Positions 1-8,243 of a stretch of 64,000 nt of DNA are shown here, piece by piece. Below the pieces are notes generated by a model, which searched no databases, was not told the DNA's origin, and was given only the letters and a program-made list of their open reading frames with translations. Every line of letters begins with the position of its first letter. The first letter of the stretch is position 1. This DNA comes from Candidatus Saccharimonadota bacterium. Its GTDB lineage: Bacteria > Patescibacteriota > Saccharimonadia > Saccharimonadales > Saccharimonadaceae. The stretch is from assembly GCA_017536895.1 (NCBI GenBank), contig JAFWCN010000001.1:13943-77942 (forward strand), written 5' to 3'. A program made the translations under genes and the position numbers.

Positions 1-1
1 A

Positions 2-1093
2 GGCGTTCCAGCGAATTTAGCAGGACCCGCCGGTAGCATCGATAAAATGCTTGGCGACGCTGAACGGATGGGTGGCTACGATGTCAGAAGCGCCTATGTC
101 TCAATAAATGGTTCCACTGTAATGTCAAATCATACCGAAGGAATGATTGCCGTAGGTACGGTTGAACACGAAATTGACCAAGAGGATTTGATTCGCGTCG
201 AAGAAATCGCTGTCTCCGGCCGTATTCCGGCCAACCGTGAAGTATTGGATGTTATACCATTAGAATATGCTCTTGATGGCCAAGGTGGCATTAAAGATCC
301 GCTCGCCATGTCGGGTGCTCGTCTCGAGGTTCGCGCCTGTGTTGTGTCCGCTCTCGCTCCTAATGCGGAGAATCTTAAAAAGGCTACTGCTGCCGCTGAT
401 GTTCAAGCCCTTAAGCTAATTCCAACTTCCGTTGCCGCTGCAAAAGCTGTGCTAAACGAACGTCAAAAAGAAAATGGCGTCGCTGTCATTGACTTTGGCG
501 CTGCCACCACGTCAATTGCTATTTATGAAGAAGGCGATCTGCAACACGTCAGCGTCATACCAGTTGGCTCCAATAATATCACTAACGACCTCGCCATCGT
601 TCTCGCTATCGATCCGGAACTCGCCGAGGAAATCAAAACCCGTTACGTCACTGGTGACTTTGACTCTGATAAATCTCTCGCTATCAAAGTTGGCAAACAC
701 GGCGAACGTACTTTCGAACGCAAAGAGGTTGAAGAAGTTGTAAAAGCCAGGCTCGAAGAGATTTTTTCTGAGGTTCGCAAGAAACTAAAAGCTGCTCACT
801 ATGATCAACGTCTCCCCGAAGGTATTATTCTAACAGGTGGTGGTGCCAAAATGCGCGATATCGATATTTTTGCGAAAAAATGTCTTGAAGCAGCCGTTAA
901 AATCGGTCTCCCTACTGGACTTGACGGTGTTGCTGATGCTGTATCCAAACCAGAATTTGCCGTTTCTGTTGGTCTCGCTATTCTCGCCGCCGAGGAGAGC
1001 GAACTTGCCCCAGTTCAAGGCAAAAAACATAAAAAGAGCCTCAAAAAACCAAAAGAAGGCAACTTCCTAAAGAAGATATTTAGTAAGTTCTAG
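2..1093 (+). CDS. ftsA: Cell division protein FtsA (5'-truncated by window)
   Basis: Frame is open from base 2; actin-like motifs VIDFGAATT and ILTGGGAKM; lies directly upstream of ftsZ. Confidence 0.93.
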   Translation, partial: GVPANLAGPAGSIDKMLGDAERMGGYDVRSAYVSINGSTVMSNHTEGMIAVGTVEHEIDQEDLIRVEEIAVSGRIPANREVLDVIPLEYALDGQGGIKDPLAMSGARLEVRACVVSALAPNAENLKKATAAADVQALKLIPTSVAAAKAVLNERQKENGVAVIDFGAATTSIAIYEEGDLQHVSVIPVGSNNITNDLAIVLAIDPELAEEIKTRYVTGDFDSDKSLAIKVGKHGERTFERKEVEEVVKARLEEIFSEVRKKLKAAHYDQRLPEGIILTGGGAKMRDIDIFAKKCLEAAVKIGLPTGLDGVADAVSKPEFAVSVGLAILAAEESELAPVQGKKHKKSLKKPKEGNFLKKIFSKF

Positions 1094-1151
1094 TACTTGA
1101 TTTTATAGAGTTTTAGGTGTACAATTGAAGTAAATTTAAGCGAGGTATATT

Positions 1152-2318
1152 ATGCCAGAAGTTAAACCAACAGAGGTGGAAAGTAAAGCAAGTATTAAAG
1201 TAGTAGGTGTAGGTGGCGCCGGTGGTTCTGCAGTTGAACGCATGAAAGAAGTAGGTCTTTCTGGCGTTGAATTTGTAGCAATCAATACCGATGCCCAAGC
1301 ACTTCATCACTCCCCAGCCGATACCAAGGTCCATATTGGTAAGGGCTTAGGTGCCGGTGGCGATCCGGAAAAGGGTCGTGAAGCAGCCGAAGAGGGAAGA
1401 GAAGCTATCGACAAGGCTCTAGATGGTGCCGACATGGTATTTATCACATTAGGTGCTGGTGGTGGTACCGGTTCCGGTGCAGGCCCAATTGTTGCCGAAG
1501 AGGCTCGCAAGAAGGATATTCTCACCGTCGGTGTAGCTACCAAACCATTTACATTCGAAGGTGCTCGTCGCCGCGCCAATGCCGACGTTGCTATCGACAA
1601 ATTGGCTCGCAATGTTGACGCATTAATCACCATTCCAAACGATCGTCTTTTGCAAACTATTGATCCGCGTACGCCGCTTCTTGAAACCTTCAAGATAGCT
1701 GACGATGTTCTACGCCAAGGTGTTCAGGGTATTTCCGAGCTTATTACCGAACATTCACTTATCAACCTTGACTTTGCCGATGTCAAAGCCATCATGAAAA
1801 ACGCTGGCTCTGCACTTATGGGTATCGGTCGTGCGTCTGGCGAGAACCGTGCTGTCATTGCCGCTCAGCAAGCTGTCGAGTCACCACTCATCGAAGTCAA
1901 AATCGATGGTGCCCGTGGCGTGCTATTTAGTGTTGCTGGTGGATATGACATGTCCATGAGTGAAGTCCAAGAAGCCGCCGAAGTCATTACTGGTGCAGTC
2001 TCACCTGACGCCAACATTATCTTTGGTGCTAGCATCCGCCCAGAACTAGAAGATGAAATCGTTGTTACTGTTGTCGCAACTGGTTTTGACTCTAGTTATT
2101 ATTCAGAACCCGAAGAAGTTGAGGAAGAAGAACCAACTAGCAGTTTTAAAACCGAGAAGCCAGCTACTGAAGCTAAGGATTTTGCTAGCGACAATAAATC
2201 CAACATGTGGGATTCTATCAAGAATGAACCTGAACCCGAGCCTGAACCAGAGAAAGACGATGAACTCGATGTTCCTCCATCTCTGCGTGAGCGCCTGAAA
2301 GGCAAAAGGAAGAAATAA
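1152..2318 (+). CDS. ftsZ: Cell division protein FtsZ
   Basis: VVGVGGAGG, tubulin signature GAGGGTGSG, INLDFADV, C-terminal DVPPSLR core. Confidence 0.98.
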   Translation: MPEVKPTEVESKASIKVVGVGGAGGSAVERMKEVGLSGVEFVAINTDAQALHHSPADTKVHIGKGLGAGGDPEKGREAAEEGREAIDKALDGADMVFITLGAGGGTGSGAGPIVAEEARKKDILTVGVATKPFTFEGARRRANADVAIDKLARNVDALITIPNDRLLQTIDPRTPLLETFKIADDVLRQGVQGISELITEHSLINLDFADVKAIMKNAGSALMGIGRASGENRAVIAAQQAVESPLIEVKIDGARGVLFSVAGGYDMSMSEVQEAAEVITGAVSPDANIIFGASIRPELEDEIVVTVVATGFDSSYYSEPEEVEEEEPTSSFKTEKPATEAKDFASDNKSNMWDSIKNEPEPEPEPEKDDELDVPPSLRERLKGKRKK

Positions 2319-2332
2319 CAAAGGAGGCGCGG

Positions 2333-2782
2333 GTGGAACACTCATTCAGAATCGGAGATAGCAAGGTTCTAGAAAGCCGCGAAACCCTAGACGGTACTAT
2401 GATTCGTCGTCGCCGCGAATCTAGTGACGGCCATCGTTTTACTACTTACGAACGAATTGAAATGCCACCGCTTACTGTCACTAAGCGTAGCGGCAATAAG
2501 GAAATCTACGATCGCGACAAGCTACTTCTCGCTGTCCGTCGCAGTGTTGGCAAATTCTTTAATTCCGAACTAGAAGTCGAAGAAGTCGTCAACAAAGCCT
2601 CTGACATATTGTATTCCTATAATACCGATGAGATTACTAGTAAGCAAATTGGTGAAGCTGTTCTGGACGTCTTAGCCGAGGTTAATGAGGTCGCTTATGT
2701 TCGCTTCGCCTCCGTCTTTCGTGAGTTTAAGACTCTCGAGGATTTCGAAAATATTTTAAAGGAGCAAAAAAAGAAAAAATAA
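2333..2782 (+). CDS. nrdR: Transcriptional repressor NrdR, lacking zinc-ribbon cysteines
   Basis: GTG start after AGGAGG; DSKVLESR..IRRRRE..RFTTYER, ATP-cone VTKRSG, VAYVRFASVFREF. Confidence 0.92.
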   Translation: MEHSFRIGDSKVLESRETLDGTMIRRRRESSDGHRFTTYERIEMPPLTVTKRSGNKEIYDRDKLLLAVRRSVGKFFNSELEVEEVVNKASDILYSYNTDEITSKQIGEAVLDVLAEVNEVAYVRFASVFREFKTLEDFENILKEQKKKK

Positions 2783-2783
2783 T

Positions 2784-3038
2784 ATGCGGGTGGTATGTGT
2801 TTATAGAGAAAAACAGGATTATTCTCGTTCCGTGAATGAATGGATTGAGAATCTTCGTCGTCAGACTGGCCGAGAGATTGAAAAAATCGATCCAGATACT
2901 AACCCACACTTCTGTGAAGCCTACGACATTGTAGAATATCCTACCATCATGGCACTTGGCAACCGAGGTGACATCCGTGCTATCTGGACTGGCCGCAATC
3001 TACCACTTATCAACGAAGTTTTATACTATATGATATAA
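2784..3038 (+). CDS. Small thioredoxin-fold-like hypothetical protein
   Basis: 84 aa; YDIVEYPTIMAL resembles the thioredoxin cis-Pro strand; no CxxC. Confidence 0.55.
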   Translation: MRVVCVYREKQDYSRSVNEWIENLRRQTGREIEKIDPDTNPHFCEAYDIVEYPTIMALGNRGDIRAIWTGRNLPLINEVLYYMI

Positions 3039-3045
3039 TAAGCTT

Positions 3046-3846
3046 ATGGAAACAATTAAGAATATCTTAGAAAATGTTTGGATACAACGTGGTATCTGGT
3101 CATTCATTGTAGTTTTAGCTAGCGGTTTAATCTATTTTCTTATCTCTCGTTTCTTGACTAGAAAAGAAAAGGCCAACACCAGAATCCTCTCTCAGAAAAA
3201 GAATAAAACCTTTATACGTATGCTTAAAAGCATCATCGGTTATTTGCTTGGTATTGTCACTGTCTTGATGGTGCTTCAAATCTATGGTGTCGACGTTACC
3301 TCCATGCTTGCAGGTGTTGGTATTGCTTCTATTATCATCGGGTTCGCTCTCCAAGATGCTTTGAAAGATATTTTTCGTGGTTTTGATATCGTCACTGATG
3401 GCTATTATGAAATTGGCGACGTAATAAAATTTGGCGATAACACCGGTCAAGTAACCTCGATTAGTCTTCGTACTACCAAGATTCAAGATATAAGTACCGG
3501 TAATATTGTTTCCATTGCCAACCGCAATATTGATCAAGTTGAAGTAGTATCAGGTGCGATTTATATCAATATTCCAATGCCCTATGAACTACCAGTCAAA
3601 AAATCCGAAGAAATCGCAAAATCAACTGTCAAAGCTATTTCAAAAAAGGATAATGTCACCAACGCTTCCTATCTAGGGCTCAACGACTTTAGCGATAACT
3701 ACGTCAAACACTTAATTGAAGTTGATTGTGATCCGATGAACAAGCTTCAAGTTCGTCGTGACGCACTCAGGGTGATCGCTGATATTCTTGAAGAAAACAA
3801 AGTCGCCATCCCATACCCCAAGCTCGACATCCACACCAAAAAATAG
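3046..3846 (+). CDS. mscS: Small-conductance mechanosensitive channel (MscS family)
   Basis: TM helices, then GVGIASIIIGFALQDALKDIFRG, YEIGDVI, SISLRTTKI, IPYP. Confidence 0.9.
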   Translation: METIKNILENVWIQRGIWSFIVVLASGLIYFLISRFLTRKEKANTRILSQKKNKTFIRMLKSIIGYLLGIVTVLMVLQIYGVDVTSMLAGVGIASIIIGFALQDALKDIFRGFDIVTDGYYEIGDVIKFGDNTGQVTSISLRTTKIQDISTGNIVSIANRNIDQVEVVSGAIYINIPMPYELPVKKSEEIAKSTVKAISKKDNVTNASYLGLNDFSDNYVKHLIEVDCDPMNKLQVRRDALRVIADILEENKVAIPYPKLDIHTKK

Positions 3847-3870
3847 TCTGTTTTATGATATAATTACTCT

Positions 3871-6800
3871 ATGAAATATAGAGCTGGAGAACGCCGCAAG
3901 GCTATTGAATACGAAAAAGCCATCGCGAATTGGTGGAAAAAGAACAAAACTTTTGAACAATCGGTAGAGGAAAGACCAATCGATAAGTCCTACGTTTTTT
4001 ATGATGGACCACCGTTTTTGACTGGCCTTCCTCATCATGGACACTTGCTTGGCTCCACTATTAAAGACGTTGTTGGGCGGTACCAAACTATGCTAGGGAA
4101 ACGCGTGGAGCGTGTTTGGGGTTGGGATTGTCATGGTCTTCCAGCAGAGAATTACGTAGAAAAACAATTAAATATAACTGATCGTCGTGACATCGGTACT
4201 AAATGGTCGCTTGAAGATTATATATTGACTGCTAAGAAATCAATGGAAGAAATAAGCGATGAATGGGAACACACGATCACGCGTATTGGTCGTTGGGTCG
4301 ATTTCAAAGGCGCCTATAGAACCATGGACAAAAGCTTCATGGAATCCGTCTGGTGGGCCTTCAAGCAGCTCTACGAAGCCGGCAAAATCTACGAAGGTCG
4401 TAAAGTATTAATGTACGATACTAAGTTTGCTACTCCAGTCTCTAAAGCCGAAGTCACCATGGATAATGACGCCTACCAAACCGTCACCGATCCAAGTGCG
4501 TATGTGAAGTTCAAACTTGTGCTTCAAGAATCTGGAAATGCTTCTGTTCGAGGGCTTCCGGAGGTTACGACCGAGGATGAGGGCGCGAGCCCCGTAACGA
4601 CGGGCGCGAGCGACCCGTCCCGAGAAAGAAGCATTCCAGATTCTTACATGTACATGTTGGCTTGGACTACTACACCTTGGACCTTGATGGGTAATCGCAT
4701 GCTAGCCGTTAACCCTAAAATGACTTATGTCAAGGTTAAGGTAGGAGATGAGATATTTATCTTAGCTAAACCTCGTCTCGAAGCCATTCTTAAGGACACA
4801 GACTATAAAATAATCGAAGAATTCAAAGGCAAGACTTTGGAGGGATTAACTTATGAATCTATCGATGGTACGACTTGTAAGGTTTATGCTGCCGACTTCG
4901 TCGGCGAAGAAGAAGGTACCGGTATTGTACACTGCGCCCCCGCCTACGGTGAAGACGACTATTCTTTGTATTTAGAGCACGAAGATGAAATCGAGTTCGT
5001 CGACACCCTTGATGAAAACGGCTACTATATTAAAGAGTATGCCGACAAACTCCACAAAATTGGAGTTCGTGATACTGACGAACATGGTATTCAAATCTGG
5101 GCCGGTAACAAGTTTATTGCTAAATGTATGGAAGAAAAGGGCATTATCTACAAGATCGAGTATATTCAACATGAATACCCATTTAATCCAAGAAGTAAAG
5201 AGCGCATCATGTATCGCGCCTTTCCATCCTGGTTCTTTGATGTAGATGGTCAAAAAACCATGATGCTAGCCGAAAATGAACACATTAACTGGTTCCCAGG
5301 TTACCTCAAGCATGGCCGCTTTGCCAAGAACATCGAAGCCGCCCCTGACTGGAACTTATCAAGGGATCGTTTCTGGGCTACCGCCATGCCAGTTTGGAAA
5401 GGCGATAAAGGTTCAATCAAAGTAGTCGGCAGTTACAAAGAACTTGAAGAGCTATCTGGCAAAACTCTCGAAGACTACCACCGTCCTTGGGTTGATGAAG
5501 TTGAATTCGATATTGATGGCGAACATTTCACTCGTATTGAAAAGGTCCTAGACTGCTGGTTTGAGTCTGGCTCCATGCCTTTTGCTCAGCTTCATTACCC
5601 ATTTGAAAACAAGGAGAAATTCGAACGTAACTACCCAGCTGATTTCATCGTCGAATACGTCGGCCAAGTTCGAGCTTGGTTCTACTATGTTCACGTCGTC
5701 AATACCGCCCTTGCCGAAATCGGTGCCTTTGGTGAAAAAGCCAAAAAGGGCGCCAAAAACGCCTACAAAAATGTTATTACTACCGGCACTATCGCTGGCA
5801 ACGACGGGCGCAAAATGTCTAAATCCATTGGTAACTACACCGACCCGAATAATCTCATGGATCAATACTCCGCTGACGCTTTGCGTTTCTTACTCTTATC
5901 TTCGCCAGTTTGCGCAGGTGAAGACTTTGCCTTGATCGATAAAGACGTCAACGACGTCAACCGCAAACTCGCCATGATTTGGAACGTTTACGATTTCTTC
6001 ACTACATACGCTGAAGTTGAGGGCCTATCACCGGAAGATTTTAATAATACTCTTTTGAGGAGCATATTTGCCGACGGGGCAAATACGGAGCGACCGAGCC
6101 CTGTAACGACAGGAGCGAGGGAGCGTTCCGAAAAAGAGGTATTATTAAAATCTCCTATGGACAGTTGGATAATTTCGCGTATATATGAGCTAAGAAATCA
6201 AATCACCGAAGGCATGGAAGAATATAACATTCCAAAAGCCCTAGAGAATGTTTTGCCGTTTATCGATGATCTCTCCAACTGGTTCGTTCGTCGCTCTCGT
6301 CGCCGCTTCTCCAAAAACGACGATGCTGAGGATAAAAAGCAAGCCTTTATCACCCTTCACTATGTTCTGATCTATCTTTCAAAGCTCCTCGCGCCGTTTA
6401 CTCCATTTCTAACCGAAGAACTATACCAAAAGATGACCGGCAAAGAAGAGTCCGTCCATCTGTTAGAATGGCCAAAGTCAGGTATAATTGACCAAAAGAT
6501 ATTAGACAACATGGCTCGCACCCGCCAGATTATCACCGATGCTCTTGCCCTTAGAATGCAAAAATCTGAGACAGAAGAACAGATTAAAATCCGCCAGCCT
6601 CTAGCCAAACTTACCTATGATGGTGACAAACTAGACGATTATTATGAGAAGATCATTGCCGACGAGGTAAATGTTAAAGAAGTAAAGCATGGCAAAAAGC
6701 TTACCCTCGACAAGAAGCTTACCAAGGAGCTTAAGGAAGAGGGAAGAGCCCGCGAGATCATTCGTGCCGTCCAGGCCGCGAGAAAGCATGCCGGTCTCCA

Positions 6801-6972
6801 AGTTGACGATGAGATCAAGCTCTCACTCTCCTGCGACCTACCAAAAGCCTATGAGGGCCTCATCAAAACCGAAACAGGCACCAAAGAGCTCACTAAGAAC
6901 CAAAACTATGCTCATGACGAAATCGCCAAGATAAACGGCGAAAATATCACAATTTCTCTAGAGAGAGTTTAA
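3871..6972 (+). CDS. ileS: Isoleucine--tRNA ligase (type 2-like) with two in-frame palindromic insertions
   Basis: FYDGPPFLTGLPHHGH, GWDCHGLP, WTTTPWTL, WNLSRDRFW, KMSKS. Confidence 0.97.
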   Translation: MKYRAGERRKAIEYEKAIANWWKKNKTFEQSVEERPIDKSYVFYDGPPFLTGLPHHGHLLGSTIKDVVGRYQTMLGKRVERVWGWDCHGLPAENYVEKQLNITDRRDIGTKWSLEDYILTAKKSMEEISDEWEHTITRIGRWVDFKGAYRTMDKSFMESVWWAFKQLYEAGKIYEGRKVLMYDTKFATPVSKAEVTMDNDAYQTVTDPSAYVKFKLVLQESGNASVRGLPEVTTEDEGASPVTTGASDPSRERSIPDSYMYMLAWTTTPWTLMGNRMLAVNPKMTYVKVKVGDEIFILAKPRLEAILKDTDYKIIEEFKGKTLEGLTYESIDGTTCKVYAADFVGEEEGTGIVHCAPAYGEDDYSLYLEHEDEIEFVDTLDENGYYIKEYADKLHKIGVRDTDEHGIQIWAGNKFIAKCMEEKGIIYKIEYIQHEYPFNPRSKERIMYRAFPSWFFDVDGQKTMMLAENEHINWFPGYLKHGRFAKNIEAAPDWNLSRDRFWATAMPVWKGDKGSIKVVGSYKELEELSGKTLEDYHRPWVDEVEFDIDGEHFTRIEKVLDCWFESGSMPFAQLHYPFENKEKFERNYPADFIVEYVGQVRAWFYYVHVVNTALAEIGAFGEKAKKGAKNAYKNVITTGTIAGNDGRKMSKSIGNYTDPNNLMDQYSADALRFLLLSSPVCAGEDFALIDKDVNDVNRKLAMIWNVYDFFTTYAEVEGLSPEDFNNTLLRSIFADGANTERPSPVTTGARERSEKEVLLKSPMDSWIISRIYELRNQITEGMEEYNIPKALENVLPFIDDLSNWFVRRSRRRFSKNDDAEDKKQAFITLHYVLIYLSKLLAPFTPFLTEELYQKMTGKEESVHLLEWPKSGIIDQKILDNMARTRQIITDALALRMQKSETEEQIKIRQPLAKLTYDGDKLDDYYEKIIADEVNVKEVKHGKKLTLDKKLTKELKEEGRAREIIRAVQAARKHAGLQVDDEIKLSLSCDLPKAYEGLIKTETGTKELTKNQNYAHDEIAKINGENITISLERV
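4526..4645. repeat. In-frame palindromic element A (ileS)
   Basis: Arms AAGAATCTGGAAATGCTTCT / AGAAGCATTCCAGATTCTT around core GCGAGCCCCGTAACGACGGGCGCGAGCGAC. Confidence 0.9.
6039..6150. repeat. In-frame palindromic element B (ileS)
   Basis: Arms TTTTAATAATACTCTTTT / AAAAAGAGGTATTATTAAAA around core CCGAGCCCTGTAACGACAGGAGCGAGG. Confidence 0.85.
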
Positions 6973-7130
6973 TTCTATATTTATTTCTTCGAAACATTTG
7001 AAATCGCCCATATAAAAATTACAACTAGCACGGATTTTGGAGGAAACTGTAATTTTCGACAAAATCCGCCTGCCGTTGTAATTTTTATCTTGGCGAGATT
7101 TCAACGTTGAGAAGAATAAATATAGAATTA
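6970..7130. repeat. ~160 bp long imperfect hairpin downstream of ileS (MITE-like)
   Basis: Nested inverted pairs: TAATTCTATATTTATT/AATAAATATAGAATTA, TTGAAATCGCC/GGCGAGATTTCAA, AAAAATTACAAC/GTTGTAATTTTT, CGGATTTTG/CAAAATCCG. Confidence 0.85.
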
Positions 7131-7176
7131 ACCTCTGTCAATTTGACAAAATGGGAAAATTTAAGCATAAAAGGTA

Positions 7177-7205
7177 TTGACAAATAAGCATAAGTGTGCT
7201 ACAAT
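7177..7205 (+). promoter_or_regulatory. Sigma70-type promoter
   Basis: TTGACA-17 bp-TACAAT with extended TG. Confidence 0.75.
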
Positions 7206-7271
7206 GAAATCAAGTTAGAAAATAAAATAAAAAATCTAACAAATAACAAACAAAAACAAGGAAAAATAAAA

Positions 7272-7508
7272 ATGACACAAACTAAAAAAGATACCGAAGA
7301 CACCGAAGATATCAAATTACCTAGCAAAGTAGTCGATTCTGAATGGAAAGACGACATCGACTATGAGACATACGAAGATGAAAAAACCTACGTTGCTCCA
7401 GATAGCATCAAAAGGGAAACAATTGCCAAGATTAAACGATCACCCATTAAACTATCCATCCGCAATTTAGTAGACTGGGATAAAGTCGATCAGAAACTTG
7501 CAGCCTAA
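7272..7508 (+). CDS. Small acidic hypothetical protein ending in KLAA
   Basis: ATG after AAGGA; own promoter and downstream terminator; 78 aa. Confidence 0.65.
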   Translation: MTQTKKDTEDTEDIKLPSKVVDSEWKDDIDYETYEDEKTYVAPDSIKRETIAKIKRSPIKLSIRNLVDWDKVDQKLAA

Positions 7509-7594
7509 GATAATAATTATCCTCTATGATCACAGTTAATGAATAAAAAGGAGACCAATGTAAGAAAAACACCAAAACCATAGATTACACTTTT

Positions 7595-7622
7595 AAAAAC
7601 CGAACAGTCTGTTCGGTTTTTT
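7595..7622. terminator. Intrinsic terminator
   Basis: AAAAACCGAACAG-T-CTGTTCGGTTTTTT. Confidence 0.8.
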
Positions 7623-7725
7623 CTTGCAAAGTTAGCCATACTATATCTTGACAATCCCCAGCATAAGTATTAAAATAGTATTAAACAAGGTTATACTTAA
7701 AAATAAAAGAAAGGTTTTTACCAAT

Positions 7726-8241
7726 ATGGACAACAACGATTTTAATTCTCTAGGGCTAGATGGAGTAACTCTACGTGAAGATTTATCAAACACAAACCCA
7801 GCTCCAGCAGCGTCAAATGAGCCAGCCTCACAAGAGCAAAATGCTACTGATGGCAGCTCCATTTTGAACGACCTCAGCGACGAAGAAACCATCGACCTTT
7901 TTGTCGAAGGCATCATGATTGAAAAAGGGGTTGAAGCACCTACTGAAGAAATCAAACAGGACCTTAAAAACAATCTTAAGGATCAATTATTAAAGGAGAT
8001 TGATCGTTCATTAATTGGTGAACTACCCGATGATAAACTCGAAGAACTCAATCGTCTTGCTACCGAACAAGGGCAAATCGACCCAAATCTAATTGCCCAA
8101 ATGATAGAAGAAGCTAAGCTCGACGTTACTGACATTGTCGGCACCACCATGGTGCGTTTCCGCGAAATCTACCTCGACAACAATCAAAATAGCACCAATA
8201 CTGATGAAACAGCTGAGCAAAATAATTCAACGGAGGAATAA
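7726..8241 (+). CDS. Acidic helical hypothetical protein
   Basis: Clean ORF; ATG after GAAAGG; TTGACA-17-TAAAAT promoter at 7648-7676. Confidence 0.75.
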   Translation: MDNNDFNSLGLDGVTLREDLSNTNPAPAASNEPASQEQNATDGSSILNDLSDEETIDLFVEGIMIEKGVEAPTEEIKQDLKNNLKDQLLKEIDRSLIGELPDDKLEELNRLATEQGQIDPNLIAQMIEEAKLDVTDIVGTTMVRFREIYLDNNQNSTNTDETAEQNNSTEE

Positions 8242-8243
8242 TC

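Noticed and set aside
7440-7508. Resemblance of RNLVDWDKV to the Fe/Mn-SOD C-terminus
   Set aside because: Too short, and no metal ligands elsewhere in the ORF
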